62,552 bases of DNA from Candidatus Shapirobacteria bacterium (GTDB lineage Bacteria; Patescibacteriota; Microgenomatia; UBA12405). Made by a program: the position numbers and the translations under genes. This document shows, in pieces, positions 1-9,183 of this stretch. The notes under the pieces were generated by a model. That model was not told the DNA's origin, searched no databases, and saw only the letters and a list, made by a program, of their open reading frames with translations. Within the stretch, counting starts at the first letter, position 1. Every line of letters begins with the position of its first letter. The stretch covers positions 1 through 62,552 of the forward strand of contig JBAZML010000004.1 in NCBI GenBank assembly GCA_041649835.1, given 5' to 3'.

Positions 1-273
1 ATTGTTTTCCATAATTGTCGCCAAACGAATTATGGGAATAAGGTGAGATTTACGGCAATTATCGAAAAAGTCCTGCCAAGTATTTTTATCAAGTTGGTCA
101 GTCCTGATGACGACCGTAACATAGCCACAATCACCACCATTACTGTTGATAATATTTTTGGCAGAATCTAAATCTGCGGTTTGCGTCAGGTGAAGACCGA
201 AGATATTTCGTTCAGATGCTAAAATAGGATTGATATTCAGGAAGAATATCGACAGAAGAAAGAATAAAAACAT
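1..273 (-). CDS. Secreted glycoside-hydrolase-like (TIM-barrel) protein, N-terminal part; runs off the window start
   Basis: Not in ORF track. Read manually from ATG at 273: MFLFFLLSIFFLNINPILASERNIFGLHL...NSNGGDCGYVTVVI...WQDFFD...HLIPIIRLAT. Signal peptide plus a motif pattern I recognise from a common Microgenomates GH-like family; frame is open to base 1. Confidence 0.7.
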   Translation of the reverse strand, partial: MFLFFLLSIFFLNINPILASERNIFGLHLTQTADLDSAKNIINSNGGDCGYVTVVIRTDQLDKNTWQDFFDNCRKSHLIPIIRLATIMENN

Positions 274-293
274 AGTCCTTATATTCTAACAAA

Positions 294-1394
294 ATGATTA
301 AAGAAGAAATCTTATCAAAAATTGCTGCAGTGGAAAAAGAAATCCACGATACGCCATATGATAAAAGTAGCCAATTTCACCATGGAGTTTTAAAGGCTAA
401 ATTGTCACGACTTAAAGATGCCTTAGAGGATAGGATAAAAATGGGTAGTGGTGGGGGTGGAGGTGGTGTTGGTTATGCAATTAAGCATTCAGGAGATGCT
501 TCTGTGGTTTTGGTGGGTTTACCTAGTGTGGGTAAATCAACCCTACTAAATGCGGTAACAAACGCAGAATCTAAAGTGGGAAATTATGATTTTACAACTT
601 TGGGAGTAGTTCCCGGGATGATGGAATATAAGGGAATTAGAATTCAAATTTTGGATTTACCGGGAATTATCGAAGGCGCGGCACAGGGTAAGGGTTTTGG
701 TAAAAAAGTTTTGTCAGTTATTAGAGCCTCAAATTTGGTAGTGTTGATGACTGATATTCAAAGATTAGCTTGGTTATCAAAAGTAAAACAAGAGTTGGAA
801 AATGCCGGAATAAGGTTAAATAAGAGACCGCCAAAGGTTCATGTTCACAAAATGGGAAAAGGGTCGATCCAAATAATTGATCCTTTTAATTCCTTGGATA
901 TGGAAATGATGGTGGAGGTAGCCGAGGAGTTGGGTCTAGAAAATGCGGTCATTCAATTAAGTGAAAAGATTCATACAATTGATGAATTTATTGACGCCTT
1001 GAGTAAAACTAGAACTTATATTCCTTTGGTGGAGGTGGTAACAAAGGTGGATATTGCCAGACGAGGAGATTTGCGAAAAATTGAGGATGGAGTGGTCCAA
1101 ATGAGTGCCGGAAAAGGAATTGGAATTGATGATTTTAAAGAAAAAGTATGGCAGGGTTTGGCCCTATGTCGGGTTTATTTAAAAAGAGAAAGAAATGGGG
1201 AAGCAGATAAAAAAGAACCATTAATAATGAGAAAAGGACAGACACTGGATTCGGTGTTGAAGAGGGTTTCTGGTGAAATGAGAGATGATGTAAATAGAGC
1301 CTGTATTTGGGGTAAAAATGCAAGATTTCCCGGACAGGAAGTTAGTTTCTCTTTTCCGGTTTTTGATGAGATGGAAGTGTGGTTTGGGAGATAA
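294..1394 (+). CDS. OBG-family GTPase, DRG/Rbg1 subfamily, with C-terminal TGS domain
   Basis: G1 GLPSVGKS, G2 YDFTT, G3 DLPG, G4 TKVD. DRG-type N-terminus (TPYDK..FHHGVLKAKLSRLK) and TGS-like C-terminus (IWGKNARFPGQEV). Confidence 0.9.
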   Translation: MIKEEILSKIAAVEKEIHDTPYDKSSQFHHGVLKAKLSRLKDALEDRIKMGSGGGGGGVGYAIKHSGDASVVLVGLPSVGKSTLLNAVTNAESKVGNYDFTTLGVVPGMMEYKGIRIQILDLPGIIEGAAQGKGFGKKVLSVIRASNLVVLMTDIQRLAWLSKVKQELENAGIRLNKRPPKVHVHKMGKGSIQIIDPFNSLDMEMMVEVAEELGLENAVIQLSEKIHTIDEFIDALSKTRTYIPLVEVVTKVDIARRGDLRKIEDGVVQMSAGKGIGIDDFKEKVWQGLALCRVYLKRERNGEADKKEPLIMRKGQTLDSVLKRVSGEMRDDVNRACIWGKNARFPGQEVSFSFPVFDEMEVWFGR

Positions 1395-2400
1395 GATTTC
1401 GAAGTTTTTGAGATCTAAGTTTGACAGTTTCCTTTGATAATTTTTCTGATTCTAAAAATAATTTCCGAGCAATGGTTCCGGGACGGGGTGAATATTTGAA
1501 AACGTGAATTTTGGTAAAACCTATTTGTTTAGAAAGATCATAGGTTTCTTGGAAATCGGTATCAGTTTCACTAGGGAAACCAACGATAATATCAGTGCCA
1601 AAAGAGAGGCTAGACCCAAGATTATTGAGAAGAGAAAATTTTTCTAAAATAATTTTTTTGGTGTAATTACGTTTCATTAATTTGAGGATTTTTTCAGATC
1701 CAGATTGAATAGGAATATGAAGAAATTTTTGTATTCTATTGGGATAATTTTTAAATATTTTTATTAAGTTTTCGTCAATACAATTAATGGGAATTGAGCC
1801 GAAAGAAATTAGGGAAATTTCAGTTTGTTCTAAAAGAGCTGTTATTAGATTTGAAAATCCAGGAGTGTACTGATTTAAATTTACACCGGTAATAATTACT
1901 TCTTTATATCCATCCTGAACAGCTTTTTTAACCGTATTTATGGCAGTATCTATCGGAAGAGACCAAAGATAAAAACGTTTATAAGGAACAGTACAGTAAG
2001 TGCAAAAGGCAGTGCAACCGGACTGTACTTTTAATAAAAAACGATTGGTGTGAGAAAATTTATCGAGAATTTTATGAGTATAGGTACAGTTGAGATCGAG
2101 TAATTTTTTCTCTTTTTCTTGATTGTCTAATATTGAAATGTTGTCTGATTGAGAAATGTTTTTTAAGTTGGCACATCCAGATACAATGATTTTTGAATTC
2201 GGAAATATTTTTTGAAGTCGACGAATGAGGCCGACTGATTCCTTGTTAGCCTTTTTAGTAATTGAACAGGTATTGATAAAAATAGTGTTGGGATTGTTTT
2301 GATCTGGAACATAACCCTGATTTATAAGAGATTGGGCAAATTGGTTAGTTTCGGCGGCGTTAACCCGGCAACCAAAGTTGTAGACAGCAAAAGTTTTCAT
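1342..2400 (-). CDS. mtaB: MiaB/MtaB-family radical SAM methylthiotransferase (MtaB-like, no TRAM domain)
   Basis: N-terminal GCRVN, NTCSIT and VSGC; radical SAM CTAFCTYC; HIPIQSGS; TDIIVGFPSET; FKYSPRPGT. Confidence 0.8.
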   Translation of the reverse strand: MKTFAVYNFGCRVNAAETNQFAQSLINQGYVPDQNNPNTIFINTCSITKKANKESVGLIRRLQKIFPNSKIIVSGCANLKNISQSDNISILDNQEKEKKLLDLNCTYTHKILDKFSHTNRFLLKVQSGCTAFCTYCTVPYKRFYLWSLPIDTAINTVKKAVQDGYKEVIITGVNLNQYTPGFSNLITALLEQTEISLISFGSIPINCIDENLIKIFKNYPNRIQKFLHIPIQSGSEKILKLMKRNYTKKIILEKFSLLNNLGSSLSFGTDIIVGFPSETDTDFQETYDLSKQIGFTKIHVFKYSPRPGTIARKLFLESEKLSKETVKLRSQKLRNLISQTTLPSHQKPEKRN

Positions 2401-2870
2401 TTAAGAATTTTAAAATATTCGGAATATAGAGGTTTAAAACCAGATGATGTAAAAGTGTTTTGAGCAGCTTCGTTAAATTGGTAGATTTTTGCCTTTAACC
2501 ATTTAAGACTCCTTTTTTTAGCAATTTTTTCCGCTGACTCTATTAGTTTTTTAGCTACCCCTTGTTTTCGATAATTTTTGGAAACATAAATATCATCAAT
2601 ATAAAGAATTCTATTCTGATAATAAAAACTTTCTATCATTTCGACATTTAATTTTATTAATCCAATAATTTCTTCCTTGTCTTCGGCTATAAACAGATAT
2701 GATTTATAGGAATGATTAAAACAATTTTTTAGATAGTTCTTTAAATTAGTATTTTCAAAAGTTTTGGGATTGATAAATTGTGATTCATTATTTGAATGGT
2801 TTATCCAAGAATCAAGTAAAAAATCTCTGATTTTAGGAATGTCATTGATTGTTCCTTTTCTAATAAACAT
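2397..2870 (-). CDS. GNAT-family N-acetyltransferase
   Basis: YIDDIYVSKNYRKQGVAKKL acetyl-CoA motif. Start reassigned to MFIRK (2870), directly after the epimerase stop. Confidence 0.85.
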   Translation of the reverse strand: MFIRKGTINDIPKIRDFLLDSWINHSNNESQFINPKTFENTNLKNYLKNCFNHSYKSYLFIAEDKEEIIGLIKLNVEMIESFYYQNRILYIDDIYVSKNYRKQGVAKKLIESAEKIAKKRSLKWLKAKIYQFNEAAQNTFTSSGFKPLYSEYFKILK

Positions 2871-2871
2871 A

Positions 2872-3744
2872 TTATTTGTGGGGGTTTTTACTGATGAAGT
2901 CTTTAATGTAGTCGAGGATATCAACGGTTGTAGTCCAAGCCAGTTCTTCGCGAGCTTTAGTGGGTGTTTCCCCAGATTCACTGCGACCGGGATAGCCTTC
3001 TATATATTCAATTGGGCCGCCAAAAGCCTGAGCTATTTCAGCAACTGAATATTTTTTTGAATTTTCCAAAGCATAACCGTCACCATTGCCCTTTTCTCCG
3101 GCTAAAATCATTCCTTTAGCTAGATCTCCAACATAGGTAAAGTTCCTTTTTTGAGTTCCCGGTTTAACTACCGGAAATGCTTCTCCGTTAAGATAGGCCT
3201 GTTCATATTTTGCGATTAAAGTGGCATATTTCCCCACTCCATTCTCTCTTGGTCCGAAGGCATTATAGAAATAACAAATGGCATAGGGTAGTTTGTACCA
3301 ACGACCATAGTTGTTGATTAAATCAACATTAGTAGCTTTTGAAAAAGAATAGGGGTTTTGATGACGACCATTACCTTCTGCGGCAAATTTAGTGCTTGAG
3401 GCGGCGTAGACTAATTTTCCCACTTTTCGTTGACGACAAAATTCAACTACGGCGAAGGTACCAATAGTATTCATGTCGAAAACTTTTTCAGAATCATCAA
3501 AAGAGGGGGCAACACGGGCGTATTCCCCAAGGTGATAGACGATGTCCGGTGTTTCAGAAATAATTTTATTGATATCTTTTGTATGTCCAACCCGATATTC
3601 AGCTCCTTCAATATGATTTTTAGTACTACCGGTAAAATAATTGTCGAGAGAAATGACCTTATTATTTGAATCCTTGACTAGATTTTCAATGATATGTGAG
3701 CCGATATGTCCGGCACCGCCAGTAACTAAAATTGTCTTTTGCAT
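2872..3744 (-). CDS. NAD-dependent epimerase/dehydratase (extended SDR)
   Basis: TGGAGHIG Rossmann motif, YSFSK catalytic YxxxK, YFYNAFGP, RNFTYVGD. Confidence 0.9.
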   Translation of the reverse strand: MQKTILVTGGAGHIGSHIIENLVKDSNNKVISLDNYFTGSTKNHIEGAEYRVGHTKDINKIISETPDIVYHLGEYARVAPSFDDSEKVFDMNTIGTFAVVEFCRQRKVGKLVYAASSTKFAAEGNGRHQNPYSFSKATNVDLINNYGRWYKLPYAICYFYNAFGPRENGVGKYATLIAKYEQAYLNGEAFPVVKPGTQKRNFTYVGDLAKGMILAGEKGNGDGYALENSKKYSVAEIAQAFGGPIEYIEGYPGRSESGETPTKAREELAWTTTVDILDYIKDFISKNPHK

Positions 3745-3750
3745 AGGTAA

Positions 3751-4839
3751 TTATAACTCAGAATAAACAACCCGCAGGGTTTCCATTAGTTTTGAATAAA
3801 AACGTAGATTATGAATTGTTGCCAATCTTAAGGCGGTTATTTCTTTGATACGAAAAAGATGGGCTAAATATGAGCGGGAATATTTTTGACAAAGTAGACA
3901 ATCGCAATATTTTGAAACCGGTTGGGAATCCCGATAATGAATACTTTTGTCTGGAGTGTAATATTCATATCCTTGGCTATTTTTCTCACTATAGACATAA
4001 AGTCTTTTGTGACGGGCATCACGAGTGGGTAGAACACAATCAAAAATATTCCACCCCATTTTTACTAAAGCGGTGATTTCGTGTGGTTTACCAATACCGA
4101 GGGCGTAAAGAAAGTAATTTTTGGGAGTAAAATCGGCAATAGTTTTTGCCACTTCATAATCAAAAGTACCATCAGCTTTAATCGGCCAGCCACCATAACC
4201 GAGGCCATCAAAGCCAATTTTGACTAGCTCTTCCGTACAGTATCGACGAAGATCAAGAAATTTTCCGCCCTGAACAACACCTAAAAGATAAGGAATTTTA
4301 TCGGGTCTTAGTTTTTTCTGAGCGATTAATATATCGAAAATTTGACGACATTCCCGTGCCCACTTTAGAGTGCGTTCAACACTAATTTTGGCTTCTTCAT
4401 AAGTACTTTTTGGATCAGTAAAGTCGTCTAGTACCACGACCATGTCGCTTTTTAATTCAAGTTGAAGTTTGATGGACATTTCCGGAGTAAAAAGAATTTT
4501 TTTACCGTCAAGTTTAAAGGTAACGCCAATATCTGTGACGGCTTTGTTGCCACCCATCGTTTTAGCTAAAGACATGACTTGGAAACCACCAGAATCAGAG
4601 ATGACTCCCCCACTCCAATTCATAAAGGGACGGACACCTTTAAACATTTTAATGACATCATGACCCGGATCACGGTATAGATGAAAAGTATTAACTAAAA
4701 TACCTAAGGTTTGGGTATTTTTTATGTCTTCAGAATCCAGGGTCTTTAAGACGGCTCGGGTTGCATCGGGAAAAAATACCGGAAGTTGGATTTTATCTCC
4801 TTGAAGAGTTTTGAAATGTGTAGGACGAGTAGAGTTCAT
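3751..4839 (-). CDS. tgt: tRNA-guanine transglycosylase (queuine tRNA-ribosyltransferase family)
   Basis: LVNTFHL, SDSGGFQVMSL, VVQGG, FDCVLPTRDAR, Zn site CDCLLC...TIHNL. Confidence 0.92.
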   Translation of the reverse strand: MNSTRPTHFKTLQGDKIQLPVFFPDATRAVLKTLDSEDIKNTQTLGILVNTFHLYRDPGHDVIKMFKGVRPFMNWSGGVISDSGGFQVMSLAKTMGGNKAVTDIGVTFKLDGKKILFTPEMSIKLQLELKSDMVVVLDDFTDPKSTYEEAKISVERTLKWARECRQIFDILIAQKKLRPDKIPYLLGVVQGGKFLDLRRYCTEELVKIGFDGLGYGGWPIKADGTFDYEVAKTIADFTPKNYFLYALGIGKPHEITALVKMGWNIFDCVLPTRDARHKRLYVYSEKNSQGYEYYTPDKSIHYRDSQPVSKYCDCLLCQKYSRSYLAHLFRIKEITALRLATIHNLRFYSKLMETLRVVYSEL

Positions 4840-4844
4840 TTAAG

Positions 4845-4918
4845 TCGGGGATACAGGATTCGAACCTGCAACCTCATGGTCCCAAACCATGCACGCTAGC
4901 CAATTGCGCCAATCCCCG
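4845..4918 (-). tRNA. tRNA-Pro(TGG)
   Basis: Manual cloverleaf: anticodon arm CATGG-TTTGGGA-CCATG, T-loop TTCGAAT. Confidence 0.95.
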
Positions 4919-4940
4919 ATGCTCACTTCGTTCGATCGGG
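4915..4940. repeat. Short REP-like hairpin abutting the tRNA-Pro 5' end
   Basis: CCCGAT-gctcacttcgttcg-ATCGGG inverted repeat. Confidence 0.5.
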
Positions 4941-4961
4941 ATAAACCCCGCGAAATGAGGG

Positions 4962-5045
4962 TGCCGCTGGCGGGAATCGAACCCACACGGTATTGCTACC
5001 ACAAGATTTTAAGTCTGGCGTGTATACCAATTTCACCACAGCGGC
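4962..5045 (-). tRNA. tRNA-Leu(TAA)
   Basis: Cloverleaf with long variable arm; anticodon loop CTTAAAA; T-loop TTCGATT. Confidence 0.95.
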
Positions 5046-5061
5046 AATTTGTTAATGAATG

Positions 5062-5134
5062 AGCGAGAGACGGGACTCGAACCCGCAACCTTCTCCTTGG
5101 CAAGGAGATGCTCAACCAATTGAGCTACTCTCGC
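5062..5134 (-). tRNA. tRNA-Gly(GCC)
   Basis: Anticodon arm CTCC-TTGCCAA-GGAG; T-loop TTCGAGT. Confidence 0.95.
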
Positions 5135-5158
5135 AAACGTCCCGCATTATCGGGATTG

Positions 5159-5231
5159 TGCCGAAGATTGGACTCGAACCAATATCCCAGGTTTTTCAGA
5201 CCAGTGCCGTGACCATCTTGGCTACTTCGGC
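5159..5231 (-). tRNA. tRNA-Phe(GAA)
   Basis: Anticodon loop CTGAAAA; acceptor stem GCCGAAG/CTTCGGC. Confidence 0.95.
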
Positions 5232-5289
5232 AAGAAGTACTAGATATTATAGCAACTTTTATTCTTTTTTAGTTTTTAAAATTTGATAG

Positions 5290-5371
5290 TGCCGTCGAGA
5301 GGAATCGAACCTCCATGGATTGCTCCACACGCTTCTGAAACGTGCTTGTCTACCAGTTTCAACACGACGGC
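5290..5371 (-). tRNA. tRNA-Leu(CAG)
   Basis: Anticodon arm CACGT-TTCAGAA-GCGTG; long variable arm. Confidence 0.95.
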
Positions 5372-5401
5372 AAGATGAAATATTTTACCATTGGACTGGA
5401 T

Positions 5402-5608
5402 TTAACGGTGTTGGTGGAATGTTTCGTGATGATTATTCCTTTTTCTTAATTTACAAACAACTTCTTGGGTTTTTTGTTGTCGGGGATGAAAATCAGGACC
5501 ATAGCTTTTCCAAAATTGTGCTTGAATGTTTGCAATTTCAGCTTCAGGCATGCCACTATTTATATCAAGCCTTTGACCATCAGAAGTTATATATGTAATA
5601 ATTTCCAC
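5402..5608 (-). CDS. Small hypothetical protein between the two divergent tRNA groups
   Basis: 68-aa ORF (GTG start) fills the only tRNA-free gap in the cluster; no recognisable motif. Confidence 0.5.
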   Translation of the reverse strand: MEIITYITSDGQRLDINSGMPEAEIANIQAQFWKSYGPDFHPRQQKTQEVVCKLRKRNNHHETFHQHR

Positions 5609-5673
5609 AGTTTGGGATATATTACATCTGACTATCTAATTTAGTCAACATTTTTGATAAAATAACATTTAAT

Positions 5674-5747
5674 GCGGGTATAGTTTAGTGGTAGAACGAA
5701 AGATTTCCAATCTCTCGGCGAGAGTTCGATTCTCTCTACCCGCTCCA
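5674..5747 (+). tRNA. tRNA-Gly(TCC), CCA encoded
   Basis: GCGGGTA...TACCCGC-T-CCA; anticodon loop TTTCCAA. Confidence 0.95.
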
Positions 5748-5752
5748 AATCC

Positions 5753-5777
5753 AAATCCCCTACTTTGGGGATTTTTT
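5753..5777 (+). terminator. Intrinsic terminator after tRNA-Gly
   Basis: AAATCCCC-tacttt-GGGGATTT followed by a T tract. Confidence 0.75.
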
Positions 5778-5801
5778 CTTTACTGATAAAATATAGATAT
5801 T

Positions 5802-5874
5802 GGCTGTTTAGCTCAGTTGGTAGAGCATCCCGTTTACATCGGGGCGGTCGGGGGTTCAAATCCCTCAACAGCCA
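5802..5874 (+). tRNA. tRNA-Val(TAC)
   Basis: Anticodon loop TTTACAT; T-loop TTCAAAT. Confidence 0.95.
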
Positions 5875-5979
5875 CAACGTAATGCCGATAAACCGGCAAA
5901 CGTTGTTAGGAACATAAAATTAATAATTTGTACGTTCCATCTCATTCTGTTGCTATAATATAGCGTTCTTTTATAATCT

Positions 5980-6061
5980 GCCGACGTGTTGAAATTGGTA
6001 TACAAGCACGCTTGAGGTGCGTGTGGAGCAATCCATGGAGGTTCAAGTCCTCTCGTCGGCA
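5980..6061 (+). tRNA. tRNA-Leu(GAG)
   Basis: Anticodon arm CACGC-TTGAGGT-GCGTG; long variable arm. Confidence 0.95.
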
Positions 6062-6073
6062 CATAAAAAACGA

Positions 6074-6144
6074 TGCCCCGTCGTCTAATGGTAGGACAAC
6101 AGCCTTTGGAGCTGTCTACTGTGGTTCGAATCCATGCGGGGCAA
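6074..6144 (+). tRNA. tRNA-Gln(TTG)
   Basis: Anticodon arm ACAGC-CTTTGGA-GCTGT; T1-A72 acceptor pair typical of tRNA-Gln. Confidence 0.95.
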
Positions 6145-6190
6145 CAAAGAAAATATAACCATAAGATAGGATAATATGATGTTAAGAAGT

Positions 6191-6415
6191 TTAGTCTTTG
6201 TTTTGAAAAATATCTTGATGTTCGACTTTTATAATTAAGTCTTTTTTAACACCGGCGATGGCTGGTAATAAGTGATTAAGGACCTGTTCGGCTGTCATAC
6301 GGAATTCATTCCCTTTTGCTGATATTTTTAACCATCCTTTTTCATCTTTAAAATATTTTTCAGCAAAGTTTTTTGTACCAATAAAAATTGTATAGCTTTT
6401 ATTACTCAGGTTCAT
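6191..6415 (-). CDS. Small hypothetical protein
   Basis: 74-aa ORF; extended -10 (TGtTAGAAT) 7 nt upstream of the ATG. Confidence 0.65.
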   Translation of the reverse strand: MNLSNKSYTIFIGTKNFAEKYFKDEKGWLKISAKGNEFRMTAEQVLNHLLPAIAGVKKDLIIKVEHQDIFQNKD

Positions 6416-6523
6416 TGCCTAAATTCTAACATCATGGGTTTTAAATTCATTCCAATGAGTCAATAAATAGTCTTATAATGTTGTATTTGATCAATAGATT
6501 CTGTACAATCTGCCTCATCTAAC

Positions 6524-6976
6524 ATGAAAGTAATAGAAGTGGGCTGCCATACTGACATAATTCAAATTATGAAACATGAGGCGAAGATAAACAATCTTCC
6601 TAACGGACAAATTGGGTTACGACATTTCCATATATCTCAAATAGAAACTGTTGAAGCTACTGGTACAGATAGAAATAGTCAGGCACAAGTTTATGAAGGT
6701 GATTGTGATAGCCGAGGAATACATGCAAAACCCGAAGAGGTTACTTATCTTAGAATTGTTGATACTAGTCTTGATGTACCAATGTGTGTTCCAAAAGCAA
6801 GAAAACAAATAGGGTTGATTGATAGTCTTGATTATTTAGGTCACTTATCGACTGATAAAGCACATTTACTTTATGATCCAAGAAAAATTACAAGAGCTTC
6901 TGAAAATGAGTTTTGGTTTACGGGAGACGCAAGAGAGTCACTTATTGCTGTAGTAACAATAAAACAGAAGCCTTAA
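6524..6976 (+). CDS. Hypothetical protein
   Basis: 150-aa ORF with no overlap of other genes; no recognisable motif. Confidence 0.65.
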   Translation: MKVIEVGCHTDIIQIMKHEAKINNLPNGQIGLRHFHISQIETVEATGTDRNSQAQVYEGDCDSRGIHAKPEEVTYLRIVDTSLDVPMCVPKARKQIGLIDSLDYLGHLSTDKAHLLYDPRKITRASENEFWFTGDARESLIAVVTIKQKP

Positions 6977-7044
6977 TTTTTATATCATTTTAGTGATCAA
7001 CATTAGTATTTATGCAACTTATTGATTCGGGATAGATTAGAATT

Positions 7045-8247
7045 TTAAAGTTTTTTACTTTTTGAGTCGAAAGTTCTTCTGGCAATGATTGCGGTAATGA
7101 TTGCTAATAAAGCGAAACAGGCACTGACACTAAACACGTGAATAACTCCAAATTTATTTGCAATGATTCCAAATATTAGAGGGGCGGAAGCGGTAGCAAT
7201 TCCAACGATAAGTGAATTTAAAGCAAATACTTTTTCATATGAATGTTCCTTTTCAGTTGCTTCAGCTAGCATTGTTTGAATGACGGGGACGGTACCTTTG
7301 GTTAGAGCCCCTAATATTACGGCGATAATAATGATAGCAATCCAATTTTGACTTAAGGCAAATAAAATAATATTTACAGCCATAAAAAATTCTGCAGTGA
7401 TAAAGACTTTTGTATTTCCAAATTTATCGACAAAACGACCCAATAGGCTTTTTCCAAGAAAATTTCCAATGAAAAAGAACCCTGTAAATGTCCCTAAAAT
7501 TGCCGGATTAACTCCCTTTGACAAAAGTAAAAATGGGATAAAGACAAAAAGTGAGGAACTGGCAAACGAATCAAGAAAACCGGTAAGTGATACCGTTAGA
7601 AAACTTTTATGTTTTAAAAAATATAGTAATGAAACAGATTTCTCATCTGATTGCTTAACTTTGACATTATCTTTTTGACTGAATGTAATTAAGAGAGCGA
7701 AGATACCTAGAGCCACAGCTCCATAGATACCACTTGTTAGTCTCCAACCAATATAAGAAGCAAAAAAAGTAACACCGGCTGATACTCCAACCCTTCCGAG
7801 GTCACCAATGGCGGTAAAATTTCCCATGGCTTTACCCAGTCGTTCTTTTTGTGCCCATTTAGCGACCGAAGCAAAAGCAATTGGATGAAATATTCCAAAA
7901 CCTGTACCTGCAATTAAAAATGCAATAACTACAAACCAGTAATTTGGAGAAATTGAGGTTGCAATAAAACCCAAACTATATAAACCAATTGCCCATGTCA
8001 ATGATCTTAATCCGCCTAATTTTGTAGCAATTATTCCTGCGGGCAATGCCAGGAATATCCCCAATAGATTGAGTACAGAGCCTAAGAACCCAATTTGAAT
8101 TAAATCAAGATGAAGATCTTCTTTTATAAAGGGCAACAACAGTGGAAGACTGACAATGAAACCATCGTTTAAAACATGAAGTATATTGAGTAGATTTACA
8201 TTGTCGATATTTTTTATTGAGAAACGCATCAAAAATAATTTTAGCAT
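7045..8247 (-). CDS. MFS transporter
   Basis: About 12 hydrophobic segments; loop motif GRFVDKFG; GFGIFHP (Fsr-like). Confidence 0.9.
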   Translation of the reverse strand: MLKLFLMRFSIKNIDNVNLLNILHVLNDGFIVSLPLLLPFIKEDLHLDLIQIGFLGSVLNLLGIFLALPAGIIATKLGGLRSLTWAIGLYSLGFIATSISPNYWFVVIAFLIAGTGFGIFHPIAFASVAKWAQKERLGKAMGNFTAIGDLGRVGVSAGVTFFASYIGWRLTSGIYGAVALGIFALLITFSQKDNVKVKQSDEKSVSLLYFLKHKSFLTVSLTGFLDSFASSSLFVFIPFLLLSKGVNPAILGTFTGFFFIGNFLGKSLLGRFVDKFGNTKVFITAEFFMAVNIILFALSQNWIAIIIIAVILGALTKGTVPVIQTMLAEATEKEHSYEKVFALNSLIVGIATASAPLIFGIIANKFGVIHVFSVSACFALLAIITAIIARRTFDSKSKKL

Positions 8248-8311
8248 TAAGTCAAAAGGGAATAATTAGTACCATTTCTGAAGGTCTTTTTGTAAGTTTA
8301 TAAAAAGGTTT

Positions 8312-9064
8312 TTATTTCCAATTACCTCTCATTTTTACTGGTAAGGTGGAAGCAAGATTTCTCATTAGCAAATCGAGAGAGGGTGAATCCTTGGCTGTTT
8401 CCTGAATAAAGGTATTGCCAATAGTTAAATTTACCCGATGAAATAAATTTGCTCCGTTTCTATCAAAATTATGGTCGTAATGAATACCAAGCGGAATATA
8501 TATGGCCGGGGGTAATAGCCTACCGCAAGCGATAACACCACTTTCCCCGTTGTCAAGAATTCCGGTATCACTGCGGTGCCCTTCAGGATTGATCATGACG
8601 CCGGTGGGAGTGTGTGATTTACCCAATTCCTGAAGATGTCTCAACCAATTCTTATAAGTAGCGGTAGCTTGTTCTTGACTGTAACCAAATTCGGGGTCGT
8701 TAATTTGATATGACTGAATAACTCTAATTGTTTCAACTCCGCATTGTTGGGCTTCGTTTATCAAAGCTGAAAATAATTTACCTCGTGGTTCACTTGGATC
8801 GGTATGAGAGTATGAAACCGGGGCGATTAAGTGTCTATTTTGTCCATGATCTAATCTTCGGGAAATATAGGCTTCATATAGTGGATCGGGATATGAAATG
8901 TGGTTAGAATAAACGATAAAGCTAAGCTCCGGTCTTCTAACCAAAAGATCGGAAATTTCAGATATTTTTTCTTTTGATTCTTTATCAATATTTATCCGAT
9001 AACAAAGACTGGGGATTAAATTAAATGAAAAAAATCTTCTGACGGAGTGATTTTCTTTAGACAT
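8312..9064 (-). CDS. Lysophospholipid/glycerol-3-phosphate acyltransferase (PlsC superfamily)
   Basis: Catalytic NHxxxxD (SNHISYPD) and block III NPEGHRS. Confidence 0.75.
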   Translation of the reverse strand: MSKENHSVRRFFSFNLIPSLCYRINIDKESKEKISEISDLLVRRPELSFIVYSNHISYPDPLYEAYISRRLDHGQNRHLIAPVSYSHTDPSEPRGKLFSALINEAQQCGVETIRVIQSYQINDPEFGYSQEQATATYKNWLRHLQELGKSHTPTGVMINPEGHRSDTGILDNGESGVIACGRLLPPAIYIPLGIHYDHNFDRNGANLFHRVNLTIGNTFIQETAKDSPSLDLLMRNLASTLPVKMRGNWK

Positions 9065-9183
9065 AAAGAATTATTTTAATATGTAATTACAATTATATCT
9101 AATTCAAGTATTAAAAGTAAAAAAATTTGATAGATGATAATCAATGTGGGTGGAAAAATGTTATTTTGTGAGAGAATCAAGAA

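Noticed and set aside
2871-2981. N-terminal extension of the GNAT ORF (also the track starts of lexA, bcp, the LysM gene, GT2 and the ATE-like gene)
   Set aside because: These extensions overlap upstream genes or their own promoters; a downstream ATG fits better in each case.
5059-6062. Track ORFs 5059-5286, 5320-5598, 5641-5877 and 5865-6062
   Set aside because: They overlap or are antisense to tRNA genes or a better ORF, so they are shadow frames.
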